64,000 nt of DNA, taken from Actinomycetota bacterium. GTDB taxonomy: Bacteria; Actinomycetota; Humimicrobiia; JAHJRV01. Where the stretch lies: NCBI GenBank assembly GCA_018830725.1, contig JAHJRV010000094.1, positions 30,628 through 94,627 of the forward strand. Direction: 5' to 3'. This document shows, piece by piece, positions 28,926 to 42,000 of the stretch. The stretch's first letter is position 1. Each line of letters starts with the position of its first letter. The notes beneath the pieces are model-generated. The model ran no database searches and had not been told where the DNA came from. It saw only the letters and a list, made by a program, of their open reading frames with translations. The translations under genes were made by a program, and so were the position numbers.

Positions 28926-31743
28926 TTAATAAATCCTTTAAATACATACCTGTATAAGATTTTGGATTTTTTGCAACTTCTTCTGGTGTACCTTCAGCTA
29001 CTATCCATCCCCCTTCATCACCACCTTCTGGTCCAAGATCAATTATATAATCAGCTGTTTTTATTACATCTAAATTATGCTCAATAACAATTACTGTATT
29101 TCCCTTATCAACTAATCTGTTTAATACTTTGAGTAGTTTCTTTATATCATCAAAATGAAGTCCTGTTGTTGGTTCATCCAATATATAAATAGTTCTACCT
29201 GTAGCAATTTTTGATAGTTCCTTAGAAATTTTTACTCTTTGAGCTTCCCCTCCTGAGAGCGTAGTAGCAGATTGACCCAATTTTATATATCCCAGTCCAA
29301 CATCATCAACTAATTGTAATTTTCTTTTTATTCTTGGAATGTTTTTAAAAAACTCTAATGCTTTTCTAACACTCATATCAAGAACCTCTGAGATGTTTTT
29401 TCCTTTAAAAGTTACATCTAAAGTTTCATTATTGTACCTTTTTCCCTTACATACATCACAGGTTACATATATATCAGGCAGAAAATGCATCTCTATTTTA
29501 ATATTCCCATCACCCCTGCATGCCTCACATCTTCCACCCTTTACATTAAAACTGAATCTACCTTTTTTATAACCTCTAATTTTTGCTTCTTGAGTCTCCG
29601 CAAAGACCTCTCTGATAGGAGTAAATACTCCTGTATATGTTGAAGGATTTGATCTTGGAGTTCTTCCAATTGGTGATTGGTCAATCTCAATTACTTTATC
29701 AATATTTTCTATACCTTTAATGTCTTTGTGCTTACCAGGTTTAAACTTTGACCTGCTATGTAATCTATTCATTAGTGCCCTATATAAAATTTCATCAACT
29801 AATGTGCTTTTTCCTGAACCCGAAACTCCGGTTATACAAATAAATTTACCAAGTTTAAAAGAAACATTTATTTCTTTTAAATTATGTTCTTTTGCACCTA
29901 ATATAACCAGATCTCCCTTATAATCAATTCTTCTCTTATTTGGAACATTGATCTTTTTCTTACCACTTAAATACTGTCCAGTTATAGAGGTAGGTTCATT
30001 TTTAATATCTTCTATAGTTCCAAGTACAACAACATCCCCGCCACGCTCTCCAGCTCCAGGACCTAAATCAACTATAAAATCTGCTTGGTTAATAGTTTCT
30101 CTATCATGTTCTATCACAATTAAAGTATTTCCTAAGTCTCTTAATCTTTTTAATGTTTCAAGAAGTCTCTTATTATCCCTGTTGTGAAGACCTATACTTG
30201 GTTCATCAAGAATATATAAAACCCCAATCAAACTTGTTCCAATTTGGGTAGCTAACCTTATTCTCTGAGCTTCCCCACTGGAAAGAGTTCTTGTTTCTCT
30301 ATCAAGCGTTAGGTAGTTCAAACCCACATTTTCCACAAAGGCTAATCTTTCTTTTATTTCTTTTAATATTCTTCTTGCTATTATCTTTTCTTTATTTGTT
30401 AATTTAAGATTCTCAATAAAAGATTTGCATTTGGAAACACACATTTGGGTTAGTTCATAAACATTTTTTCCACCAACTGTTACTGCTAAGCTTTCAGGTC
30501 TAAGTCTTGCACCATTACATTTAGGACATGGGCTTATGCTCATATATTCTTCAATTTTTTCCCTACTATATTCAGACTTTGTCTCTCTGTATCTTCTTTC
30601 TAAATTATTAATTACGCCTTCTACAGAAGTAGGCCATCTTACTACTGTTCCATTATATCTTTCATACTCAACAAGCACTCTTTCTACTGGTACACCGTAC
30701 AAAATTATATTTTGTATATTCTTATCTAAATTATTAAATGGTGTTGAAAGATCAAAATTATATTTTTTAGAAAGAGCCTTTATATACATTGGAAAAAATG
30801 CTGATGAACTATCTCTCCATAATTTAATAGCTCCCTGTGATAAACTTAGACTTTTATTAGGTACTACTAAATCTGGATCTATTTCTTGTTTAAAACCCAA
30901 CCCATCACAATAAGTACAAGCACCAATAGGACTATTAAAAGAAAACATCCTTGGTGAAAGTTCCTCAAAGCTTATACCACAATCAAGACAAGCAAATTTT
31001 TGAGAAAATATCAAATTTTCTCCATCAATTATCTGAATATAGACTATCCCATCTGATTCCCTTAATGCTGTTTCAATCGAATCAGCAACTCTTTTTCTTA
31101 TATTGGATTTAGACACCAATCTATCTATTACTACTTCAATATCGTGTTTCTTGTACTTCTCCAGTTTTATTTCTTCCTCTAAACTCTTTATTTCTCCATC
31201 CACTCTAACTCTAACATAACCTTTTCTCCTTATTTGTTCAAAAAGATTTTTATATTCCCCTTTTCGACCCCTGATTACTGGTGATAGAATCATATATTTT
31301 GTACCTTTAGAAATTTTTAAAACCTTATCTATTATCTGTTGTGGTGATTGTTGTGATATTGCTTTCCCACATATATGACAATGAGATTTTCCAATACAAG
31401 CATAAAGTAATCTAATATAATCATATATTTCAGTTATTGTTCCCACAGTTGAACGAGGATTTTTAGTAGCACCTTTCTGGTCAATTGAAATAGCAGGAGA
31501 AAGACCTTCAATATAATCAACATCAGGTTTTTCCATCTGTTCAAGGAATTGTCTTGCATAAGCAGAAAGAGATTCAACATATCTTCTCTGACCTTCAGCA
31601 TAAATGGTGTCAAATGCAAGACTCGACTTACCAGAACCACTGATACCAGTTATTACAATCATCTTATCTCTTGGAAGATCTAAATTTATATTTTTTAAAT
31701 TGTGCTCTCTTGCACCTCTAATAATTAGCTTTTTCTTTTCCAT
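28918..31743 (-). CDS. uvrA: excinuclease ABC subunit A
   Basis: Two ABC modules ([20 protein letters not shown]), zinc-finger Cys pairs and LSGGEAQR signatures. Confidence 0.95.
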   Translation of the reverse strand: MEKKKLIIRGAREHNLKNINLDLPRDKMIVITGISGSGKSSLAFDTIYAEGQRRYVESLSAYARQFLEQMEKPDVDYIEGLSPAISIDQKGATKNPRSTVGTITEIYDYIRLLYACIGKSHCHICGKAISQQSPQQIIDKVLKISKGTKYMILSPVIRGRKGEYKNLFEQIRRKGYVRVRVDGEIKSLEEEIKLEKYKKHDIEVVIDRLVSKSNIRKRVADSIETALRESDGIVYIQIIDGENLIFSQKFACLDCGISFEELSPRMFSFNSPIGACTYCDGLGFKQEIDPDLVVPNKSLSLSQGAIKLWRDSSSAFFPMYIKALSKKYNFDLSTPFNNLDKNIQNIILYGVPVERVLVEYERYNGTVVRWPTSVEGVINNLERRYRETKSEYSREKIEEYMSISPCPKCNGARLRPESLAVTVGGKNVYELTQMCVSKCKSFIENLKLTNKEKIIARRILKEIKERLAFVENVGLNYLTLDRETRTLSSGEAQRIRLATQIGTSLIGVLYILDEPSIGLHNRDNKRLLETLKRLRDLGNTLIVIEHDRETINQADFIVDLGPGAGERGGDVVVLGTIEDIKNEPTSITGQYLSGKKKINVPNKRRIDYKGDLVILGAKEHNLKEINVSFKLGKFICITGVSGSGKSTLVDEILYRALMNRLHSRSKFKPGKHKDIKGIENIDKVIEIDQSPIGRTPRSNPSTYTGVFTPIREVFAETQEAKIRGYKKGRFSFNVKGGRCEACRGDGNIKIEMHFLPDIYVTCDVCKGKRYNNETLDVTFKGKNISEVLDMSVRKALEFFKNIPRIKRKLQLVDDVGLGYIKLGQSATTLSGGEAQRVKISKELSKIATGRTIYILDEPTTGLHFDDIKKLLKVLNRLVDKGNTVIVIEHNLDVIKTADYIIDLGPEGGDEGGWIVAEGTPEEVAKNPKSYTGMYLKDLLNV

Positions 31744-31768
31744 TTTTTTAAAAATTAATTTTCATTAG

Positions 31769-31824
31769 TAGATTTGTGGCATGGTTTCGAAGACATTTAG
31801 TCAAGAAACTATGCCCAAATCTTT
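31769..31824. repeat. short (arms-only) copy of the MITE-like inverted-repeat element
   Basis: tagatttgtggcatggtttcgaagacattt / caagaaactatgcccaaatc. This is identical to the arms of the 43689-43803 copy but lacks the GC core. Confidence 0.7.
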
Positions 31825-31850
31825 CAAAGGTTATTTAATTCATTTTTTTA

Positions 31851-31878
31851 ATGAGATTGCGCAGCCTGTTCCGAGCAT
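31851..31878. repeat. 26-28-nt motif AATGAGATTGCrCAGCCTGTTCCGAGCA (second copy at 5838-5865)
   Basis: Both copies lie immediately 3' of the stop of a minus-strand gene (uvrB here, the aldolase at 5879). Confidence 0.6.
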
Positions 31879-31910
31879 TAGCGAGGAAGCCCATCCCTCG
31901 CAAGGACAAG

Positions 31911-33890
31911 TTAATATTTTGTTTGTTTTTTTAATTCTTTTATCTGGTCTCTTAAAATAGCTGCATATTCAAAGTTTAACTCCTCAGCAGCAAGTCTCAT
32001 CTCTTCTTCAAGTCCCAATATTATTTTTGGTATTTCATCAGGTAATATTTTTCCTGGTTTCATTATTTTATCTTTTATCTTTATTTTTTCAGCTACTTTA
32101 GTTGCCATCAAAATATCAGATATCTTCTTGTGAATTGTTTGAGGTTCTATATTATTCTCTTCATTAAATACTAATTGAATATCTCTTCTTCTGTTAGTTT
32201 CATCTATTGCTCTCTTCATTGACCTTGTTATATTATCAGCATACATTATAACTTTACCTCTGATATTTCTTGATGCTCTACCAATAGTTTGGATAAGTGA
32301 TGTTTCTGATCTTAAAAATCCCTCTTTATCAGCGTCCAATATAGCAACAAGAGAAACCTCCGGAAGATCCAAGCCTTCTCTAAGAAGATTTATTCCAACT
32401 AATACATCGAAGTCTCCTTTTCTCAACTCTCTTATAATTTTTACCCTCTCTAAAGTACCTATTTCTGAATGAAGATATCTTGATTTAATACTCATATCAA
32501 GAAAATAATCAGTCAAATTTTCAGCCATTCTTTTTGTTAAAGTTGTAATTAAAACCCTCTCATTTTGTGTGGTTCTTTTCTTAATTTCCGTCATCAAATT
32601 ATCAATTTGACCTGTTGTTTTTCTAACTTCAACTTCCGGGTCAACAAGTCCTGTAGGTCTAATTATCTGCTCAACAACCTGACTACTATTTTCAATTTCA
32701 AAATCCCTAGGGGTTGCTGAAACAAATATTACCTGGTTTATTGCATTTAAAAATTCTTTCATCCTTAAAGGACGATTATCAAGAGCTGATGGTAGTCTAA
32801 ATCCATATTCAATAAGTGTTTCTTTCCGAGACCTATCCCCATGATACATCCCATTTATCTGAGGAACTGCTATATGGGACTCATCAATAAATGTTATAAA
32901 ATCATCCGGAAAATAATTTAGTAGTGTAGATGGAGTAGCTCCTGGTTCTCTTCCTGAAAAATATCTTGAGTAATTCTCAATTCCTTTACAGTATCCGATT
33001 TCTTTTAACATCTCCAAATCATATTTTGTTCTCATCCTTAATCTCTGAACTTCAAGCAATTTATCCTGAGATTTTAATTCCTTTAATCTATCATCTAAAT
33101 CCTTCTCAATTTCGAATAAAATCTCTTCCATTCTTTTTGGTTCAATAACAAAATGAGTTGCTGGTGAAATCATAATAATTGCTATTTTTTCAATTATTTC
33201 GCCAGTTAAATAATTAAATTTACATATTTCCTTTATATCATCACCAAATAATTCAATTCTAATAGCATAATCATTATAGGGTGGGAATATATCTACTATA
33301 TCTCCTTTTACTCTGAATGTCCCAGGACTAAAGTCAATATCGTTTCTTTGATACTTTATTTTGACAAGTTTTAATAATATTTCATCCCTTTCATATTTTT
33401 CACCCTTAGATAAAATAAGAGTTTTCTCCTTATATAGAGATGGTGAACCTAAGTTAAATATACATGAAACACTTGCTACAATAATTACATCTCTTCTTGT
33501 AAGTAATGCATTTGTTGATGAAAGTCTAAGTCTTTCCAATTGCTCATTTATAGATGCGTCTTTCTCAATGTAGGTATCTGTAGTTGGCACATAAGCCTCA
33601 GGTTGATAATAATCATAGTAACTAACAAAATAATGAACTGAATTTTTGGGGAAAAATTCTTTAAATTCATTACAGAGTTGAGCAGCCAATGTTTTATTAG
33701 GAGACATTACCAAGACAGGTCTATTTACACTGTTTATTATCTGAGCCATTGTATAAGTCTTTCCAGACCCGGTAACTCCAAGTAAGGTTTGAAATCTATC
33801 ACCTTTATATAAGCCTTCAACAAGCTTATTTATTGCTGTAGGTTGATCTCCTTGAGGCTTGTAATTTGATATTAATTCAAAGTCTGGCAT
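31911..33890 (-). CDS. uvrB: excinuclease ABC subunit B
   Basis: [12 protein letters not shown] helicase motifs and a C-terminal UVR domain. Confidence 0.95.
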   Translation of the reverse strand: MPDFELISNYKPQGDQPTAINKLVEGLYKGDRFQTLLGVTGSGKTYTMAQIINSVNRPVLVMSPNKTLAAQLCNEFKEFFPKNSVHYFVSYYDYYQPEAYVPTTDTYIEKDASINEQLERLRLSSTNALLTRRDVIIVASVSCIFNLGSPSLYKEKTLILSKGEKYERDEILLKLVKIKYQRNDIDFSPGTFRVKGDIVDIFPPYNDYAIRIELFGDDIKEICKFNYLTGEIIEKIAIIMISPATHFVIEPKRMEEILFEIEKDLDDRLKELKSQDKLLEVQRLRMRTKYDLEMLKEIGYCKGIENYSRYFSGREPGATPSTLLNYFPDDFITFIDESHIAVPQINGMYHGDRSRKETLIEYGFRLPSALDNRPLRMKEFLNAINQVIFVSATPRDFEIENSSQVVEQIIRPTGLVDPEVEVRKTTGQIDNLMTEIKKRTTQNERVLITTLTKRMAENLTDYFLDMSIKSRYLHSEIGTLERVKIIRELRKGDFDVLVGINLLREGLDLPEVSLVAILDADKEGFLRSETSLIQTIGRASRNIRGKVIMYADNITRSMKRAIDETNRRRDIQLVFNEENNIEPQTIHKKISDILMATKVAEKIKIKDKIMKPGKILPDEIPKIILGLEEEMRLAAEELNFEYAAILRDQIKELKKQTKY

Positions 33891-34528
33891 TTTAAAAATC
33901 TACAAAATATTCCTATTTTTCTTCTTAAATCATTTATACCCTTATCATTGTTTATAATATGATGTACTTTATCCTTTGGAATAATTAAATTTTGCCCTTC
34001 TACTCTTAATTTAGCTTCTTCTCTTGACAAATTCATTTTAGATATTACTCTTTCTATTCTTAAATCCATTGGACAGGTTACATATAAGATTTCATCACAT
34101 CTATTATATAAATTAGTTCTAAAAAGAAGTGGGGCTTCTATTACAACAATTCTTTCACCTTCTTTTTGAGTTCTTTTAATCTTCTTGCTTGTTGGTTTTG
34201 AAGTTTCTTCCAACTTTTCTTTTTTATAAAGAATTTTTTCAATTTCTTTCACTATTTGAGGAAGCATTATCTCATTTAATTTCTCCAATTTATTCCTATT
34301 TGAAAAAACAATATTTGCTAACTTTTTTCTGTTTAATCTTCCATTTCTGTAAAGTATTTTCTTACCAAAGAATTTAACTAATTCTGATTTAGTAGCAGAT
34401 TTTGAGGAGACAGTCTTTGCAATATCATCAGAATATATAACATCTGCTCCTAAATCTTCTAACATTTTAGCAACTGTAGTTTTTCCTGTTCCAATTTCCC
34501 CAACCAAACACATAAGTTTCATATTCAT
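33872..34528 (-). CDS. coaE: dephospho-CoA kinase
   Basis: 218 aa with P-loop GEIGTGKTT and a CoaE-like layout. It overlaps uvrB by 19 nt. Confidence 0.65.
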   Translation of the reverse strand: MNMKLMCLVGEIGTGKTTVAKMLEDLGADVIYSDDIAKTVSSKSATKSELVKFFGKKILYRNGRLNRKKLANIVFSNRNKLEKLNEIMLPQIVKEIEKILYKKEKLEETSKPTSKKIKRTQKEGERIVVIEAPLLFRTNLYNRCDEILYVTCPMDLRIERVISKMNLSREEAKLRVEGQNLIIPKDKVHHIINNDKGINDLRRKIGIFCRFLKCQTLN

Positions 34529-34598
34529 CCTTAAAATTACATATTTTTATATTTCATTTTAAATTTTAAACCTCTTTGAATTTAAGAGCAAATTAAAT

Positions 34599-34623
34599 AT
34601 GCTCTGGAATAATACCAGAGCAT
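34599..34623 (-). terminator. hairpin terminator downstream of rpsA
   Basis: atgctctgg-aataata-ccagagcat forms a 9-bp stem followed by a T-rich tract on the minus strand. Confidence 0.45.
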
Positions 34624-34707
34624 ACAATTTATAAATTCAGCTAATTTAATTTTATTATATTTATGTCAAGATATTAGATTTTGTTATTTATCTATTAAAA
34701 TTTATAA

Positions 34708-36054
34708 TTATTTATCTTTTATTTCTCCTGATTTCTCTTCTTTAGCTTTTTTCTCTTCTTTTACTGATTTCTCTTCTTTTGTATATTCTACTTCTTCTTC
34801 ATCTCTTATTTTTTCTTTATGATGTTTAGCTTTTTCTTTAATCTTTTCTTTCTCTTCAGTTAGTTTAATTTCTTCTTCAACTTTTATTGCCTTCTCAATA
34901 GGTCTGGCTATTGGTTTGGGTTCCTCACCCTCTTTTTTCTCTCTTGGAGCCTGCCTTATACTCAAACCAATTCTTCTTTTATCAAAATCTATATCAATAA
35001 TTTTTACTTTTACTTTATCATCAATATTTACAACTTCTTCTGGCTTTTCTACACTATAAACAGCAATTTCTGAGATATGAACCAATCCCTCAATTCCTTT
35101 CTCAATCTGCACAAATGCTCCAAATGGTACTATTTTTATAACCTTTCCATCAACCACATCACCGATAGCATATTTTTTTGTTAATTCCATCCAGGGATCA
35201 ATCTGTGTTTGTTTAAGTCCCAAAGCTACTCTCTTTTTCTCCTTATCTACTTCCAAAATAACCACTTCAACTTCGTCTCCAATCTTTACTATCTCAGAAG
35301 GATGGTTTACGTGTCCCCATGAAAGTTCTGAAATATGTATTAAACCATCAACTCCACCTAAATCAACAAATGCTCCAAAATCTAAAATATTAGAAATTAC
35401 TCCTTTTTTAACTTGACCTACCTTCACACTTTTAATAAATGTATCTCTTACTTTCTTTTTTTCAATTTCAAGATAGGCTTTTCTAGAGATGATAACATTA
35501 TTTTTTTGTCTATCAATATTAATTATTTTGCATGTAACTTCTTTATCTAAATATGCATTAAAATCTGTTACCTTTTTTAAATCAATCAAAGAACCTGGAA
35601 GGAAGGCTCTCATACCAATATCCACAATTAATCCACCTCTTACTAAATCTATAACCACTCCTTTAATTAACTTGTCTTCTCTATAAGCTTCTTCTATCTT
35701 CTCCAGAGCTCTTTGAGTTTCTGCTCTTTTTTTTGAAAGGATTAATCTTCCATCTTGATCTTCCTTTTGAAGAACTAATACTTCAATCTCATCATTTACA
35801 CTTATAATTTCATGAGGTTCCAAATCATATCTTACTGATAACTCCCTTGGCGGGATAACTCCTTCAGATTTATATCCAACATCAACCAAAACTTCATCTT
35901 TATTAACTTTCACAACTGTCCCTTTTACAATATCTCCCTCTTCAAAAGATACTATTGTTATTTCATAGTTGGGTACAATTTCACCTTTCTCATTAACAGT
36001 CAAATACTGTTTTTCTTCCTCAGATAAGTTATTTAATATTTTATTTTTCTCCAC
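34708..36054 (-). CDS. rpsA: 30S ribosomal protein S1 (four S1 domains plus a Lys/Glu-rich tail)
   Basis: Repeated S1 motifs (G.V..I..FGAFV.L..GI.GLVHISE). Confidence 0.85.
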   Translation of the reverse strand: MEKNKILNNLSEEEKQYLTVNEKGEIVPNYEITIVSFEEGDIVKGTVVKVNKDEVLVDVGYKSEGVIPPRELSVRYDLEPHEIISVNDEIEVLVLQKEDQDGRLILSKKRAETQRALEKIEEAYREDKLIKGVVIDLVRGGLIVDIGMRAFLPGSLIDLKKVTDFNAYLDKEVTCKIINIDRQKNNVIISRKAYLEIEKKKVRDTFIKSVKVGQVKKGVISNILDFGAFVDLGGVDGLIHISELSWGHVNHPSEIVKIGDEVEVVILEVDKEKKRVALGLKQTQIDPWMELTKKYAIGDVVDGKVIKIVPFGAFVQIEKGIEGLVHISEIAVYSVEKPEEVVNIDDKVKVKIIDIDFDKRRIGLSIRQAPREKKEGEEPKPIARPIEKAIKVEEEIKLTEEKEKIKEKAKHHKEKIRDEEEVEYTKEEKSVKEEKKAKEEKSGEIKDK

Positions 36055-36175
36055 TAATAATTCCTCCTAAAAAATTTTTCTATAATATACTACTAACTAT
36101 AAAAAAAATGCAAGTATTATTGCAATTTTTTATATAAAAAATATTATATTTTGCGGGTAATTATATAATAAAAAT

Positions 36176-38848
36176 CTACATATACCAGTTAGTTCCAATT
36201 TTTATATCTACTTTTAGCCTTACTTTAAGCGGGTAAACATTTTCCATTCTCTCTCTTATAACATTTATAATTTCTTCCTTTTCATCAGTTGGTACTTCTA
36301 ATAGAAGTTCGTCATGAACCTGCAATACGATTTTTGATTTATAATTTTTATTTAATATTTCTTTATATATATCTATCATAGCTATCTTTATAATATCTGC
36401 AGCACTACCCTGAATTGGTGTATTAATGGCAAACCTTTCTCCAAGCTGCTTAATTTTGGGATTTCTTGATTTCAATTCTGGAATGTATCTTCGCCTACCT
36501 AAAATTGTTGTAACATATCCTTTATTTAATGCTTCCTCAATAATATCATCTATATATTCTTTAACTTGTGGATATTGATCAAAATATTGCTCTATATAAT
36601 TTTCTGCTTCATCCTCCAAGATGTTAAGTCTTTCAGCTAAACCAAATTTTGTCATACCATAAATTATTCCAAAATTTATTGCTTTTGCTGACCTTCTTAG
36701 TGCAGGAGTAACCTCATCCATTTTTACGTTAAAAAGTTGAGAAGCAGTAAGCCTGTGAAAATCAACATCTCTTTCAAAAGCATTAATTAGATTTTCATCT
36801 TCAGATAGATGAGCAAGAATTCGAAGTTCAACCTGTGAATAGTCAGCTTCCAATAAAATATGATTCTCATCAACTATAAATGCTTTTCTTGTCTCCCTAC
36901 CCAGGTCAGTTCTTATAGGAATATTTTGAAGATTGGGATCGCTGCTTGATAATCTACCAGTAACAGTACCAGTCTGATGAAATGTTGTATGAATTCTTCC
37001 ATCAAGACCACTAACCAATGAAGGTAAGGCATCTATATATGTTGATTTCAATTTTGATAATTCCCTGTAATCTATTATTTCTCTTATTATTGGGTGTTTA
37101 TCCTCCAATTTTTTTAAAATTGAAAAACCTGTTGCATAACCAGTTTTTGTTTTTTTAAATGGTGTGAGCTTTAGTTTTTCAAAGAGAATTTTCCCCAATT
37201 GTTGAGGAGAATTTATATTAAAATTTTGACCAGCAAGCTTATAAATTTTTCCAGTAACTTTTGATATTTTTTCCTGGTAACCAATTGTTAACTTATTTAG
37301 ATAACTAACATCAACTTTAACACCCCATAATTCCAACATTGCCAAAACCTCTATCAAAGGAATTTCAACTTCATAGAAAAGTTTCTCAATATCTTGAGAA
37401 ATAAGTATAGTTTCTAATATTTTTTTTAAATCAATTAATACACTTGTTCTTCTTCCCTCTACCTCCGACATTTTTTGAATCCAATCTTTATCCTGAATTA
37501 ATCCTAACTGACCAAAAGTCTCTACTCTTTTAAAATCAGATGCACTATAACCCAAATATTTTTGAATAATTTCTGAAAGTTTATGCTCTCTAAAATGAGG
37601 ATTTAATAGATAAGATGCAATATAACTATCAAAAATGAGTCCCTGTAACCTGATATCTTTTTTAAATAGTATCTTTAATTGGTACTTGGCATTATGCATT
37701 ATTTTTTTAATATTTTTATTTATTAAAATCGGTTTTAATAAATAAAAAAATCTATCCTCTTTTTGCTTGCTATCAAAATGAATATAAAAGGATATATCTG
37801 GTTTAATAGAGATAGATATTCCAGTACAGTCGTTATTAGTACCTAAAAATTGAATTGAAATTTCTTCTAAATTTTTTATCTTCTCAATTAAATTTATAAG
37901 CTCGCCTTCCTCATCTATAAGTTTAGTTCTACTTTGAAACTTATTTTCATCCTTTAATGATTTTTTCATTAAATTCATTTTTTTAATTTTCTCCCATAAT
38001 GTTCTAAACTCAAGATACTCAAAAAGCTCATAAACTTTTTTTTCATCAAATTTTTTTAATTTACATTTTTCAATATCTATTCTAATAGGGCTATTACAAT
38101 CTATTGTTGCTAAATTCTTACTTAAAATAGCCGTTTCAGAATATTGTTTGAGTTTTTCTTTAATTTTCTCAGTGGGTATTTCATCTACTCTATCTAATAT
38201 CTGCTCTAAAAAACCAAATTCATTTATAAGCTTGGTTGCACTCTTTTTTCCAATACCAGAGATGCCTGGAATGTTATCTATTTTGTCACCAATCAAACCA
38301 AAATAATCTGCGATGTAGTTTGGACCTATACCATATTTATCAATTACTTCTTCAGGACCATAAATATTAACATCTGAAATTCCTTTTACAGTAAATATTA
38401 TTTTTACATTCTCAGATGCTAATTGAAGTGCATCTTTATCTCCAGTTACTATTAAAACCTCGATTCCCTTATCCTTAGCTTGTGTAGCTAAAGTACCCAA
38501 TAAATCATCTGCTTCATAACCCTCTACTTGATATTTAGGAATATTAAAAACATCTAATACTCTATATATTAAATCAAACTGATTGGCTAAATCTTCTGGC
38601 ATTTTTTCCCTATCAGATTTATAGTCTTTAAATATCTTATGTCTGAATGTTGGTTTTTTACTATCAAAAGCAACTGCCAACATAGTAGGTTTATTATCAT
38701 TTATTATTTTAAGTAACATATTTGTAAAACCATAAACTGAATTAGTTATAATACCAGATATTGTAATAATACTATCAGGAAGGGCAAAAAAGGCTCTATA
38801 TGCTAAACTATTTCCATCTATAATTATAAATTTATCTTTCTTTTTCAT
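36176..38848 (-). CDS. polA: DNA polymerase I
   Basis: 5'-3' exonuclease N-terminus plus family A polymerase motifs (DYSQIELR, QVHDELL). Confidence 0.9.
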   Translation of the reverse strand: MKKKDKFIIIDGNSLAYRAFFALPDSIITISGIITNSVYGFTNMLLKIINDNKPTMLAVAFDSKKPTFRHKIFKDYKSDREKMPEDLANQFDLIYRVLDVFNIPKYQVEGYEADDLLGTLATQAKDKGIEVLIVTGDKDALQLASENVKIIFTVKGISDVNIYGPEEVIDKYGIGPNYIADYFGLIGDKIDNIPGISGIGKKSATKLINEFGFLEQILDRVDEIPTEKIKEKLKQYSETAILSKNLATIDCNSPIRIDIEKCKLKKFDEKKVYELFEYLEFRTLWEKIKKMNLMKKSLKDENKFQSRTKLIDEEGELINLIEKIKNLEEISIQFLGTNNDCTGISISIKPDISFYIHFDSKQKEDRFFYLLKPILINKNIKKIMHNAKYQLKILFKKDIRLQGLIFDSYIASYLLNPHFREHKLSEIIQKYLGYSASDFKRVETFGQLGLIQDKDWIQKMSEVEGRRTSVLIDLKKILETILISQDIEKLFYEVEIPLIEVLAMLELWGVKVDVSYLNKLTIGYQEKISKVTGKIYKLAGQNFNINSPQQLGKILFEKLKLTPFKKTKTGYATGFSILKKLEDKHPIIREIIDYRELSKLKSTYIDALPSLVSGLDGRIHTTFHQTGTVTGRLSSSDPNLQNIPIRTDLGRETRKAFIVDENHILLEADYSQVELRILAHLSEDENLINAFERDVDFHRLTASQLFNVKMDEVTPALRRSAKAINFGIIYGMTKFGLAERLNILEDEAENYIEQYFDQYPQVKEYIDDIIEEALNKGYVTTILGRRRYIPELKSRNPKIKQLGERFAINTPIQGSAADIIKIAMIDIYKEILNKNYKSKIVLQVHDELLLEVPTDEKEEIINVIRERMENVYPLKVRLKVDIKIGTNWYM

Positions 38849-38920
38849 AAATGTAAAAATAATTGCTTGATAATTGTTTATCTACTGTATAAAATTTAAT
38901 TAATATAAAAAATTAATAAT

Positions 38921-39009
38921 GCCGAAGTGGCGGAATTGGTAGACGCGCTGGATTCAAAATCCAGTGAGTTTTAATACTCATGTGGGTTCGATTCCCACCT
39001 TCGGCACCA
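38921..39009 (+). tRNA. tRNA-Leu (anticodon CAA), type II, CCA encoded
   Basis: Acceptor GCCGAAG/CTTCGGC, anticodon arm CTGGA-TTCAAAA-TCCAG, long variable arm, T-arm GTGGG-TTCGATT-CCCAC. Confidence 0.85.
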
Positions 39010-39068
39010 AGGTCAAACTTTTTTAGTGATACGAAGCACCACACACCAATATTAACTTTGGTTCCATT

Positions 39069-42000
39069 TTAGCTTTCCATTTTAACAGTTCCCTTTTCAC
39101 CCAAAAAGTTATTAATTTCATCTAAAAATTCTTCTGATTGAGTTACACTTAGAGAACTACCTAATTTAAAGGTTTTTAAAGATTTATCAGATTTTAATTT
39201 AATGATAACATTAGATGGACCTGGGTTATTTAATAGAATCCTTCTAAGCCTGTGTAAAAAATGATCATTTATACTATTTAAAACCAACTCTATAACCAAA
39301 TTTGGTTTAACCTTTTTAGATGCAGATTTCTTATGTTTTAACTCTATTTCTTCAATTTCACTTGCTATCAACTTCGCTTGGTCCTCTTTTATATCAATTC
39401 TACCCTTAATTCCTATTATCATATCTTCTTTAAGAAATTGATGAAATTTTTTAAGTACAGAGGGAAAAATTATAACTTCTATAGAGTTGCTAATATCTTC
39501 TAAGGTTAGAAAAAGCATTATTTCTCCTTTTTTAGTTGTAATTCTCTTAATCTTAGAAACAACTCCTGCAATTTTTATTAAGCTTTTATCTGTAAACTTT
39601 TTAATTTCACTAATCTGACAATCACTGTATTTATCCAATTGATGCTCATAACCAATTAATGGATGGTCTGAAACATATAATCCCAACATCTCTTTCTCGT
39701 ATGCTAAAAACTTCTTCTGAGAAAATTCTGTTCTTTTCTCAGGTAAAGCTGTAATTAGTGCATCCTTAAGAGTTGTGTCAGCATCAAAAAGAGAAAATTG
39801 ACCTATTTCTTTATTACTTCTTATAGTAAGGACATGAGAGACAATTCTTTTATAATTTTTCATAAGTGCTTGTCTTGTTAGTCCCAACGAGTCAAAAGCT
39901 CCTGCCTTTATCAGGCTTTCTAATGTCTTTTTATTTAAGACAACAGGATCCACCATACTACAAAAATCTACAAATGATTTAAACTTTCCTTTATCTTTCC
40001 TATTAGATACTATATTTTGAATAACATTATCTCCCACATTTTTTACTGCAGATAATCCAAACCTTATTTTATTTCCCACCACTGTGAAGTTAGAAAAGCT
40101 TTCATTAACATCAGGGGGTAATATTTTAATTCTAAGTCTTCTACATTCATTTACATACTGAGCTACTTTTTCCTGATCTTCCATTCTAACAGTAAGTAAT
40201 GCAGCCATAAATTCAACAGGGAAATTTGCTTTTAGATACGCAGTTTGATAGGAGATTAAAGCATAAGCAGCAGAGTGTGATTTATTAAACCCATACTCCG
40301 CAAATAGTAGTAACAAATCAAAAATTTTCTGAGCTGCTCCCCTGCTTATCCCATTTTTCAAAGCTCCGTCAAGGAATTTATCTCTCTGTTTGGATAATAC
40401 TCTTCTCTTCTTTTTACTTATAGCACCTCTTAAAATATCAGCTTCTGCCATGGTAAAATTTGCCATTTTTGATGCAATTTCCATAACCTGTTCCTGATAA
40501 ACAATAATTCCGTAAGTTGTATCCAGGATAGATTCTAATGATGGGTGTGGGTATCTTATTTTTGTTTTTCCCTTTTTTGCTTCTACAAAATCTTTAACCA
40601 TTCCACTTTGCAGTGGACCAGGTCTATAAAGTGCAAGTAATGCAATCAGGTCTTCAATGCAATTTGGCTGTAAATCTATCATCAGATTTCTCATTCCTGA
40701 ACTTTCAAGCTGAAAAATACCAATCGTTTCTCCATGACTTATCATTGAAAATGTCTTTTTATCCTGTAAATCAATCTTATTTAAGTTAATTTCTATCCCC
40801 TTGGTATGCTTTATTATTTCAAGGGTTTTGTCAATAAGGGTTAAAGTTTTTAGTCCTAAAAAATCCATCTTTAAGAGTCCAATACGCTGCACATCATCCA
40901 TTTTATATTGAGTAACAACTTCACCATTTCCTTTTCTTTGTAAAGGAGTGTACTCAGTCAAATCCTCGTCAGATATAACAACACCAGCTGCGTGAATAGA
41001 ATCCTGTCTTGAAAGTCCCTCCAAAGCCATAGCTGCATCCAATATTTTCTTAACTTCTTCATCTTTTTGATAAGAATCTCTTAATTCCGGAACGGTATTA
41101 ATAGATTTATCAATAGTTGTTCCTATTCCCACAGGAATCATCTTTGCTACTTTATCAACCTTTCCATATGGAACACCAAAAACTCTACCTGTGTCACGAG
41201 TTGCTGCTCTTGCAGCCATTGTCCCAAAAGTTATAAGCTGAGCTACTTTATTTCTTCCATATTTACTAACAACATAATCAATGACTTCATTTCTTCTTTC
41301 ATAACAGAAATCTATGTCAATATCCGGAAGACTTTTTCTATGCGGATTCAAGAATCGCTCAAAAAGCAGACCATATTCTATTGGGTCAATATCAGTTATT
41401 CCGAGACAGTATGAAACTATACTTCCAGCTGCTGACCCTCTCCCAGGTCCTACTCTTATACCACTTCTTTTAGCATAGTTTACAAAGTCCCAAACAATTA
41501 AAAAATATCCAGAATATCCCATATCTTTTATGACATTAAGTTCTAGTTCTAATCTGTCTTTTATCTCATCTGTGGGGTCAGAATATCTCTTGTTAAATCC
41601 TTCTCTGCAGATTTCTTCTAAGTAACTATCTAAATTATAATTCTCTGGAACTTTATAGGCTGGCAGTAAATCCAAATTTAATGGTATTTCTAAATTACAT
41701 TTTTCTGAAATTTCTATGCTATTTTTTAGAACCTCGGGAATATTCTTGAAAATATCAAACATCTCTTCTTTGGGTTTAAAGTAAAATTCGGGAGTGGAAA
41801 AACGAAGTCTTTCCTTATCATCTAAAGTTGTTCTTGTTTGAATACAGAGCAAAACATCATGAGCAGTATGGTTTTCTTTATTTAGGTAGTGAGCATCATT
41901 GGTTGCCACTAAAGGAACATTTAATTTCTCTGACATTTTAATTAATTTTGGGTTTAAAATCTTTTGTTCTTTTAAACCTTGATCCTGAATTTCTAAATAA